From positions 1-64,000 of the forward strand of contig JAWCME010000001.1 in NCBI GenBank assembly GCA_039091335.1: a stretch of DNA of 64,000 nucleotides, written 5' to 3'. The translations under genes were made by a program, and so were the position numbers. The notes under the pieces are model-generated. The model was not told the origin of the DNA. It saw nothing but the letters and a program-made list of their open reading frames with translations, and did not search any database. Below, one piece after another: positions 56,286-64,000 of this stretch. This stretch comes from Candidatus Aenigmatarchaeota archaeon (GTDB lineage: Archaea > Aenigmatarchaeota > Aenigmatarchaeia > CG10238-14 > SCSR01). Numbering within the stretch: position 1 is the stretch's first letter; every line of letters starts with the position of its first letter.

Positions 56286-58982
56286 ATGATAAGTTACGTT
56301 AATGTAAAAAAATTCAAACCAGATGAGAAAGTCTTATCACTACTTAGACCTTATGTTAAAGAATGGTTTAAAAGAAACTTTAAAGAATTGCTACTACACC
56401 AAAAATTTTCCGTAGAATTAATTAAAAGAGGGGAAAATATATTAGTTACCGCACCTACTGGAAGTGGAAAAACTTTGGCAGCCTTTCTATCGATACTTGA
56501 TGAGCTTTTTTATCTTGGGGAAAAAGGAAAACTAGAGGATATGGTGTATTGTGTATATATTAGCCCTCTTAAGGCATTAATAAATGACGTAAATCGCAAT
56601 TTACTTATACCATTACAAGAAATAAGAGAAATTGCAAAAGAAGAAGGAATAGAATTACCTGAAGTAAGGGCTGCAGTTAGAACTGGTGATGTTCCTGCGC
56701 ACGAAAAACAAAAACAACTAAAATTACCTCCGCACATAATTTGCACTACCCCAGAAACAATTTCAATTGTTCTTAGTAGCATAAAATTTAGAGAAAAATT
56801 CAGAGATGTAAAATGGGTTGTTGTTGATGAAATCCATGAAATAGCAAATTCAAAAAGAGGTGTTCATTTATCCCTAAGTCTTGAAAGATTGCAGTATTTT
56901 GTGGGAAAAAACATAGTGAGGATTGGATTAGGAGCAACATTAGAACCATTAAAAGAAATTGCAAGATTTTTAGTCGGATACGATAACGGAAAAGAAAGGA
57001 AGTGCAAAATTGTAGATGCGAGGTTCGTTAAACCTTTGGACATACGAGTGCTTTCCCCTGTCAAGAACATCCTATATACTCCAGCAGAAGTAACTACAAA
57101 CGCCATGTATAAGCTTCTTAATAATTTGATAAAACAACATAGAACAACACTTGTTTTTACTAACACAAGAAGTGGGACAGAAAGGGTTGTTCATCATTTA
57201 AAACAAATGTTTCCAGAGACTTATACCGAAGATGACATTGGGGCGCATCATTCATCAGTATCAAGAGAAATAAGATTGGATCTAGAAAATAAGTTGAAAC
57301 AGGGACTATTGAAAACCATAATTTCTAGCACAAGTCTTGAGCTAGGAATTGACATTGGATATATTGATTTGGTTATCCAACTTGGGTCTCCCAAAAGTAT
57401 TTCTCGTTGCGTTCAAAGAATTGGGCGTGCTGGGCACAAATTGCATGAAACCTCAAAAGGAAGAATAGTTTGCATGGATAGAGACGATTTAGTTGAGACT
57501 ACGGTAATGGTAAAAAAAGCTTATGAATATTTCTTAGATAAAATCCAAATACCACAAAACTGTCTTGATGTTTTAGCTCAACATATAATGGGAATGAGCT
57601 TGGAACAAAAATGGAATGTGAAAGATGCATTTAATTTAATAAAAAATTCTTATTGTTATCGCAATTTAGACTTTAATTCTTTTCTTTCTGTTTTAGAATT
57701 TTTATCTGGAAGCTATCATAGTTTGGAAGAACAAAAAGTATATGGTAAGATTTGGTTTGACCAGAAAAACATGATGTTTGGAAGAAGAGGAAAATATGCA
57801 AGGGTAATTTATTCTTTAAATATCGGAACAATCCCAGATGAAGTAAAAATAAAGGTTAGAACTTTAGACGGAAAATACATTGGGTCTATAGAAGAAGGGT
57901 TCTTACAAAGGCTTTTGCCTGGAGATGTTTTTGTTTTGGCTGGAAAAACTTATGAATTCAAAAAAGCAAGACAAGCTACTGCCCTTGTGGTCCCAGTAAA
58001 AGAAAAAAGACCAACAGTGCCTGCATGGTTTTCTGAAATGCTTCCTTTGAGCTTTGAGCTAGCATTAAAAATTCAAGAGTTTAGAGGAAAAATGTTTGAA
58101 TTAGTAAAAAATAAGAGAAAGAAAGAAGTAATAGAATGGCTTTTAAACAATTATTATCTTGATAGGTGGAGTGCAAACTCGATTTATGAATATTTTCTAT
58201 GGGAATATAGGTTTTTGAAATGTTTGGGAGCAAAAAGAGTTCCCGATGAAAAAACAATTCTGGTAGAAAATTACATAGATGAAAAAGGAAACCAAAACAT
58301 AATATTCCATACTTTATTTGGAAGAAGAATAAACGATACAATATCAAGGGCTCTTGGTTATTTAATTACAAAAAAACTGAAAAAATCTGTTGGTTTAACA
58401 ATTAGCGACAATGGATTTGTTATATCAATTCCATCTGAAAGTTTTGGTTCAGGGTGGCTTGATATTTTAACCCTTAAATCAAGGACGAAAAAAATGGGAT
58501 TTAATAGAATTGAACCAAAAAAAATTGTTAAACTTTTAAAAAGTTACGAGCTGGAAAAAATTTTAAGAAAGGCCTTAAGACAGACTGAACTAATCAAAAG
58601 AAGGTTTAGACATTGTGCTACTCGAAGCCTAATGATTCTAAGAAATTATAAGGGGTATGAGATAAGAGTTGCAAGACAGCAGTTCAATGCTGATAGACTA
58701 CTAAGGGTTTGTGAAAAATTTGAAAAATTTCCTGTTGTCGAAGAAACCTATCGAGAGGTAATGCAAGATTTTATGGATTTAGAGCATGCCAAAAAGATTT
58801 TAAAGAAAATAGAAATGGGGAAAATAAAGTATGAATTTTTGCCTGAGAGCAATGCTCCTTCTCCTTTCGCACATTCGCTAATAGTATTAGGAGAGTCTGA
58901 TGTAGTTCTTATGGAAGATAGAAAAAGACTATTACTTGAACTGCACAAAAAAGTTATGGAAAGGGTGGGTGAAACTGATTAA
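56286..58982 (+). CDS. lhr: ATP-dependent helicase Lhr (core)
   Basis: APTGSGKT, SPLKAL, DEIH, AHHSS, SLELGIDIG, QRIGRAGH. Confidence 0.94.
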   Translation: MISYVNVKKFKPDEKVLSLLRPYVKEWFKRNFKELLLHQKFSVELIKRGENILVTAPTGSGKTLAAFLSILDELFYLGEKGKLEDMVYCVYISPLKALINDVNRNLLIPLQEIREIAKEEGIELPEVRAAVRTGDVPAHEKQKQLKLPPHIICTTPETISIVLSSIKFREKFRDVKWVVVDEIHEIANSKRGVHLSLSLERLQYFVGKNIVRIGLGATLEPLKEIARFLVGYDNGKERKCKIVDARFVKPLDIRVLSPVKNILYTPAEVTTNAMYKLLNNLIKQHRTTLVFTNTRSGTERVVHHLKQMFPETYTEDDIGAHHSSVSREIRLDLENKLKQGLLKTIISSTSLELGIDIGYIDLVIQLGSPKSISRCVQRIGRAGHKLHETSKGRIVCMDRDDLVETTVMVKKAYEYFLDKIQIPQNCLDVLAQHIMGMSLEQKWNVKDAFNLIKNSYCYRNLDFNSFLSVLEFLSGSYHSLEEQKVYGKIWFDQKNMMFGRRGKYARVIYSLNIGTIPDEVKIKVRTLDGKYIGSIEEGFLQRLLPGDVFVLAGKTYEFKKARQATALVVPVKEKRPTVPAWFSEMLPLSFELALKIQEFRGKMFELVKNKRKKEVIEWLLNNYYLDRWSANSIYEYFLWEYRFLKCLGAKRVPDEKTILVENYIDEKGNQNIIFHTLFGRRINDTISRALGYLITKKLKKSVGLTISDNGFVISIPSESFGSGWLDILTLKSRTKKMGFNRIEPKKIVKLLKSYELEKILRKALRQTELIKRRFRHCATRSLMILRNYKGYEIRVARQQFNADRLLRVCEKFEKFPVVEETYREVMQDFMDLEHAKKILKKIEMGKIKYEFLPESNAPSPFAHSLIVLGESDVVLMEDRKRLLLELHKKVMERVGETD

Positions 58983-59730
58983 AGAAATAGAAATTTTAAA
59001 AGGGATAAAAACAATAAATGGTTTTCCGGTAATTTTAATAGAAAGGCTTGATGCCATAGCTATAGCAGATATTCATTTGGGTTATGAGCTTGCCCTGGCT
59101 GAGGAGGGAATTTTTGTTCCTCAAACTCAACTAAAAGAAATTTTAAAAGATTTGAGGGGGGTTTTTAAGAAAACAAAAGTTAAAAATTTGATAATAGTTG
59201 GAGATGTGAAGCATGAGTTTGGTGAGGCGTCTGCCCAAGAATGGAGAGAGGTAAGAGAGTTAGTAGAATTCTTAAGAAAAAAAGTTAAAAAAATAATTCT
59301 TGTTAGAGGAAACCACGATAATTATTTATTAAATATAATTTCTAAACTTGGAATAGATCTGTATGACCCATACTACTTCTCTAACGGAATTTGTTTTATT
59401 CATGGTCACAAAAAAACAAAACTTCCTAACTTTGAAATTTTAATAATTGCACATGAACATCCAAGCCTTGTTTTGAGAAGTGGTTACGACAGAGTAAAAG
59501 TACCGTGCATACTTGCAGGAAAAACAAAGGAAAGAAAGGATTTTATTTGCTTACCTGCTATATCTCCACTTGCTTATGGGACTGATGTAAATATAATTTC
59601 ATTAGAAGAAATTCTTTCTCCAATCTTAAGAGAAGATACGGATTTTTACAATCTAACCCCAATTGTGTTGGATAAGGAAATTGGAACTCTAAAATTTCCA
59701 AAAATCAAGGATATATTAAGCCTTAGGTAA
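58969..59730 (+). CDS. Lhr-associated metallophosphoesterase
   Basis: ADIHLGYE, GDVKH, RGNHD, HGH, HEHP. Confidence 0.9.
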   Translation: MKLIKEIEILKGIKTINGFPVILIERLDAIAIADIHLGYELALAEEGIFVPQTQLKEILKDLRGVFKKTKVKNLIIVGDVKHEFGEASAQEWREVRELVEFLRKKVKKIILVRGNHDNYLLNIISKLGIDLYDPYYFSNGICFIHGHKKTKLPNFEILIIAHEHPSLVLRSGYDRVKVPCILAGKTKERKDFICLPAISPLAYGTDVNIISLEEILSPILREDTDFYNLTPIVLDKEIGTLKFPKIKDILSLR

Positions 59731-59763
59731 AAAGCTCAAAAATATATTATACAAATTCTTATT

Positions 59764-60228
59764 ATGGAAGATATAAAATACAAAACATCTAGAGTATCTT
59801 ATATTCCAAATTACGTCCTTACTATTCTACTTATAACCTTTATTTCTCTAATTTACTTGAATTTTGGTGGCGGAACTTTTTTTGTTTTGTTACTGTGCCC
59901 ATCCTTTTTTATAATTTTTTTCTTAGTATTTGAAGCGGAGTTCGAGAAAATTTTTAGGGAATATAGAATAACAGAAGACGGAATAACAAAAATAGAGGGA
60001 GTATTATCAAAAAAAAGTACTACAATTCCTTACTTGAATGTATCAGACGTAAGGCTTTACAAAAGCGTTTTGGGAAGAATGTTCAAATATGGAGATGTTG
60101 AAATAAAAGGCTATAATGAAGAGATAAAAATGAGGGGAATCAGAAATCCTGAATGGTTGTATGAAAGAATAAAAGAGAAGATATCATCAGCAACAGGGCG
60201 TTTGAAAGAAGGAAGAGAGAAATCTTAA
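59764..60228 (+). CDS. Membrane-anchored bacterial PH-domain protein
   Basis: Two TM helices then YRIT...GVLSK...IPY...LGRMFKYGDV. Confidence 0.8.
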   Translation: MEDIKYKTSRVSYIPNYVLTILLITFISLIYLNFGGGTFFVLLLCPSFFIIFFLVFEAEFEKIFREYRITEDGITKIEGVLSKKSTTIPYLNVSDVRLYKSVLGRMFKYGDVEIKGYNEEIKMRGIRNPEWLYERIKEKISSATGRLKEGREKS

Positions 60229-60254
60229 TCTTTCAATATAGTTTAATAAGAGTT

Positions 60255-61556
60255 GTGATAATTTTGATTAACGAAAAAACGTTCTTTATAAAAACATATG
60301 GATGTACAAGCAACAAATCAGATTCAGAAATAATGATCGCCCTACTCGAAAAAAACGGTTATAGAAGAACAAAACTGAATGAAGCAAGATACTTAATTTT
60401 AAACACATGTGGTGTAAAACAACAAACGGAAGAAAAAATAATCTCGGCTCTTAAAAAATTTTCAAGCTTAAATTCAAGAATAATTATAGCAGGATGTCTT
60501 CCGAGAATAAACATAGAAAGAATAAAAAAAGTTATTCCTTCTTTTTCTGCTATTATAGACACACGCTCTATTCATAGGATAGTTGAGGTAATTAAAAAAA
60601 TTGAAGAAGGAAAAAATAATTTAATATTTTTTTCAGATGAACCACCTATTAAACCAAGCATGCCAAAATCACTTACAAACCCAATTATAGGAATAATTCA
60701 AATATCCGAAGGATGTAATTTGGGTTGTAGTTATTGTTGCACAAGATTTGGAAGAGGAAGATTATATTGTTATCCAAAAGATGAAATTATAAAGGAAGCA
60801 AAACGTTTGTTAAGCATGGGATGTAAAGAGATTTACCTTACTTCTCAAGATACAGGAGCCTATAAATACGAAGATTTTACTCTTGTAGAATTAATAAATG
60901 AGATTTCAAAAATTGAAGGAAAATTTTTTGTTAGAGTTGGAATGATGAATCCTGTACACGCAAAAAGAATTTTAGATGAGTTAGTATCTTCTTATCAAAA
61001 TAAAAAAATTTTCAAGTTTTTACATTTGCCTTTAGAAAGTGGGTCAGATAATATTCTTTTAAAAATGAAGAGGGGGTATAAAGCAAATGATTTTATTAGT
61101 ATAGTAGAAAGATTTAGAGAAAAAATTCCAGAGATTACAATTAGCACAGATGTAATAGTTGGTTTTCCGGGGGAAACTGAAGATGATTTTAGCTCTACTA
61201 TCAAAATTCTGGAAAAAATCATGCCGGATATAGTTAATATTTCTAAATTTGGGCCAAGACCGGGAACAGAAGCTTCAAGAATGAAACAATTAGAAAGAAA
61301 AACCATAAATAAAAGAAGTTCACTCTTATCGGAAATTGTCAGAAAAATTTGTCTTGAAAAAAATGAGAAGTGGATAGGGTGGGAAGGTAATATAATAGTA
61401 GACGAAAAGGGAAAAAATCAAAGCTGGATAGGAAGAAACTTTGCGTATAAGCAAGTTGTTATTAATTGTAATAAAAATATATTTGGTAAGTTTGTAGATG
61501 TCAAAATAATAGGAGCTGCCCCAACTCATTTGATTGGAGAAATTGTAAAAATCTAA
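60255..61556 (+). CDS. tRNA t6A methylthiotransferase (MtaB-like radical SAM + TRAM)
   Basis: TYGC, NTC, AGC, EGCNLGCSYC, IVGFPGETE, PRPGT. Confidence 0.92.
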   Translation: MIILINEKTFFIKTYGCTSNKSDSEIMIALLEKNGYRRTKLNEARYLILNTCGVKQQTEEKIISALKKFSSLNSRIIIAGCLPRINIERIKKVIPSFSAIIDTRSIHRIVEVIKKIEEGKNNLIFFSDEPPIKPSMPKSLTNPIIGIIQISEGCNLGCSYCCTRFGRGRLYCYPKDEIIKEAKRLLSMGCKEIYLTSQDTGAYKYEDFTLVELINEISKIEGKFFVRVGMMNPVHAKRILDELVSSYQNKKIFKFLHLPLESGSDNILLKMKRGYKANDFISIVERFREKIPEITISTDVIVGFPGETEDDFSSTIKILEKIMPDIVNISKFGPRPGTEASRMKQLERKTINKRSSLLSEIVRKICLEKNEKWIGWEGNIIVDEKGKNQSWIGRNFAYKQVVINCNKNIFGKFVDVKIIGAAPTHLIGEIVKI

Positions 61557-63040
61557 GCTTTTCTTGAAAAAAATTCTTCGACTTCTTTTTTAACCATCTT
61601 ATTAACTAGCTCGCCATCAATTCTTCCCCTTGCCTCTTTCATCACAAGGCCCATCAATAGGTTTGCTGCCTGCCTAGCGTCTACTAGCCTTTCTTTGTTC
61701 TCCTTAATTTTCTCTTTTACAATTTTTGATAATTCTGATTCGGAAATAGGTGAAAGGTTTAACTCTTCAATAAGCTCTAACAAACTTTTTTCTCTCTCTA
61801 ATGCCATCTTTTCTAAAACAATAGAAATTCCCTCCTTTGCCATTTTTTTATCTTTAATTTTTTTAAACATATCAATGAACTCCTTATCTTCTATGTTTTC
61901 TACAGGAATGTTTCTCCTTTTAAGTTCTTTTAAAATGTTTGTAAAGGTGTTGGCTACAACTGTCGGTGAAATCTTTAATTTTTTCACTATTTCTTCGAAC
62001 AAATGAAAATATTTTGACCTTACAATTTGATTTGCAAGTTCATCAGAAAGTTTTAATTCTTTTTTTAATCTATATATCTTTTTATCCCAAGTTTCAGGTA
62101 ACTTTTTCTTTATTTTCAAAATCATTTCTTTTTTAATTGGTATTGGCAACAAATCTGTCTCAACATACATTCTAGCAGCTCCTGGCAATGGTCTTGTATA
62201 GCGAGTTGTTCCGTCTGGGTTTGCAGACCTTGTTTCTTCTTTAACATTCTCAAGGGAAAGTTGTCTTTGTATTTCCAACTCAATAACTTTTGCTATTAGA
62301 CCAAGCTCCTGTATTCCCTTAATCTCAACCCTTGGTCCGTTTCTTATACTAACATTAACATCTTGTCTTATACTTCCTATTTCAGTTTTAACTTTTCCTG
62401 TTGAATAGCATATAGCTCCAATTAATTTCGCTATATCTTCAATTTCCTCTGGTGTAAAATCACTTAAAATACCAGTAGCAATTTCAACCAAAGGTATCCC
62501 TAGCCTGTTTAACTTATAAGTAACTTTTTTCTCCTCTTCAGAAAATATTCCAGCAGAATCTTCTTCTAAGCTAATATGCTTTATCTCAACTTTTTTACCC
62601 TTATAGTTTATGAAACCATTAATTCCAATAATTGCTGTTCTTTGAAACCCGCATATGGCTGAGCCATCTATCAGCGTTTTTCTCATAACATGAATTTCAT
62701 CTGGTATTTTGCAATTCATTAGCAAAGCTATATTCAATGCAATCTCAAGTGCCTCTTGATTTAAATCGTGTGGTGGTTCTTCATCTGTACAAACCAAACA
62801 AACCTCATTTGGAAAAACTTGATAGTAAAAAACCCTATCTCTCGTAAATTCATATTGTGCTGCCACGTCAATTTCTCCGAGTTCACTTGCAACTGGATGT
62901 TGCTTTCTTTCTATTAGCATTATTGGATTTTTCTCTTTCATTGTTGCAAGACAATTACAAAAAAGTTTGTTTTTTGTATTTAGTTGAACATGAATCTCTA
63001 AACCACATTTCAAATTCAGTTTTTTATAATCTACTTCCAT
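61553..63040 (-). CDS. gatE: Glu-tRNA(Gln) amidotransferase subunit E (short form)
   Basis: GLEIHVQL...KLFC, DEEPPH, MRKTLIDGS, RQDVNVSI, RPLPGAARMY.ETD. Confidence 0.93.
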   Translation of the reverse strand: MEVDYKKLNLKCGLEIHVQLNTKNKLFCNCLATMKEKNPIMLIERKQHPVASELGEIDVAAQYEFTRDRVFYYQVFPNEVCLVCTDEEPPHDLNQEALEIALNIALLMNCKIPDEIHVMRKTLIDGSAICGFQRTAIIGINGFINYKGKKVEIKHISLEEDSAGIFSEEEKKVTYKLNRLGIPLVEIATGILSDFTPEEIEDIAKLIGAICYSTGKVKTEIGSIRQDVNVSIRNGPRVEIKGIQELGLIAKVIELEIQRQLSLENVKEETRSANPDGTTRYTRPLPGAARMYVETDLLPIPIKKEMILKIKKKLPETWDKKIYRLKKELKLSDELANQIVRSKYFHLFEEIVKKLKISPTVVANTFTNILKELKRRNIPVENIEDKEFIDMFKKIKDKKMAKEGISIVLEKMALEREKSLLELIEELNLSPISESELSKIVKEKIKENKERLVDARQAANLLMGLVMKEARGRIDGELVNKMVKKEVEEFFSRKA

Positions 63041-63052
63041 ATTTATCACAAA

Positions 63053-64000
63053 CTAAATAAGAAATGCCTCTACTATACTTCTATTTGAAATCTCTCCAGC
63101 AATATTTTCAAGCATCATCTTTCTTATTTTTTCCATATTTTTAGTTTTCCCCAATACCCACATCAATTTGCATAATGCGGCCTCTGGTGTCCAGTCACAG
63201 TTATGGCCAATAACACCAATTTTTTTCAGTAGTCGTCCTGCTGTATATACATTAAGATTAATTCTTCCGTAGATTGTTTGTGGTGCGATAACAACAGGAA
63301 TCCCAGAATCTATCAGTCTTTTAAGGCTAGGAACTAAACTTTTACATAATTTATTGTTTGTTGGATTTGTTGAAACATGCCCAAGACCAGTACCAGCAAT
63401 TACCACTCCGTCATAGAATTTTGCTAGATTTTCTATAAATTCTGGTTTAATTCCCGGGTGGCTATAGATTAGTGCAACATTTGGGTTTATTCTATCGTCA
63501 AGCTTAACTTCTCTGCTCCCCCTTTTTTTAAAATCATTCCTTAAATATTCTATTCTTCTTTCTAGGTACCAGACTTTTGCAAATGGTAAAACATTTATAC
63601 TTCTAAAAGTATCCCTTCTTGAAGTATGCATTTTTCTCACTTTTGTTCCTTGATGCACATAACAAAAATCGTCTGAGCTAGTACCATGCATACAAACACT
63701 TACTTCTGCTATATCGCTTTTAGCAGCCGTTATTACTGCTGATAGTAAATTCATTGCATTGTCACTCGAACCCCTATCACTACTACGCTGAGACCCAACA
63801 AAAACCACTGGGATAGGCAAATTTTGAACCATAAAACTTATAGCAGCAGAGGTATAGTGCATCGTATCCGTGCCATGCATCAAAACTATGCCATCAACTT
63901 TTTTCTTAATTTCTTTTACAACTTCCCTAGCAATTATTTTCCAGTGGTATGGAGTAATGTCTTCTGAAAACAGTTCAAAAATTTTCCTTCCATTTATATT
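63053..64000 (-). CDS. gatD: Glu-tRNA(Gln) amidotransferase subunit D (5' end outside window)
   Basis: HGTDTMHY, GSQRSSDRGSSD, KVRKMHTSRRDTF, GTGLGH; frame stays open to the window edge. Confidence 0.94.
   Translation of the reverse strand, partial: NINGRKIFELFSEDITPYHWKIIAREVVKEIKKKVDGIVLMHGTDTMHYTSAAISFMVQNLPIPVVFVGSQRSSDRGSSDNAMNLLSAVITAAKSDIAEVSVCMHGTSSDDFCYVHQGTKVRKMHTSRRDTFRSINVLPFAKVWYLERRIEYLRNDFKKRGSREVKLDDRINPNVALIYSHPGIKPEFIENLAKFYDGVVIAGTGLGHVSTNPTNNKLCKSLVPSLKRLIDSGIPVVIAPQTIYGRINLNVYTAGRLLKKIGVIGHNCDWTPEAALCKLMWVLGKTKNMEKIRKMMLENIAGEISNRSIVEAFLI

Noticed and set aside
1..64000. Numerous antisense ORFs in the track, plus CRISPR arrays, transposases and rRNA
   Set aside because: The antisense ORFs are Phe/Ser/Leu-rich shadows of real genes; no repeat-spacer array, transposase motif or rRNA sequence was seen

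Overview
AT-rich archaeal chromosomal segment, most consistent with a DPANN lineage (Aenigmarchaeota-like). That placement is inferred from the fused PriS-PriL primase, shortened GatE and divergent enolase, S5 and L4. The window is mostly housekeeping. It holds a split, partly inverted S10/spc ribosomal-protein cluster (L3..S14 on +; S8..secY..L14e-cbf5 on -), three tRNAs, TyrRS, a methanogen-type SerRS, GatD/GatE, oapABC, ApgM/enolase, Ca2+ transporters, RtcA, an Hsp20-Hsp20-like-RuvBL(TIP49) operon, a broken PCNA/primase/GINS/L44e/S27e cluster, Lhr-MPE and MtaB. The standout signal is a set of very small bulge-helix-bulge (BHB)-type introns. A 21-nt stop-containing intron with a clean BHB interrupts the tyrosyl-tRNA synthetase gene just before its HIGH-like motif. 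All three tRNAs carry introns, five in total (9-18 nt). One lies in the 3' strand of the acceptor stem (68/69), and two share an identical insertion target and 3' end (CAGCCT|A...GCTGAA|). No CRISPR array, rRNA or mobile element was recognised. All structures were read by eye and none was computed.
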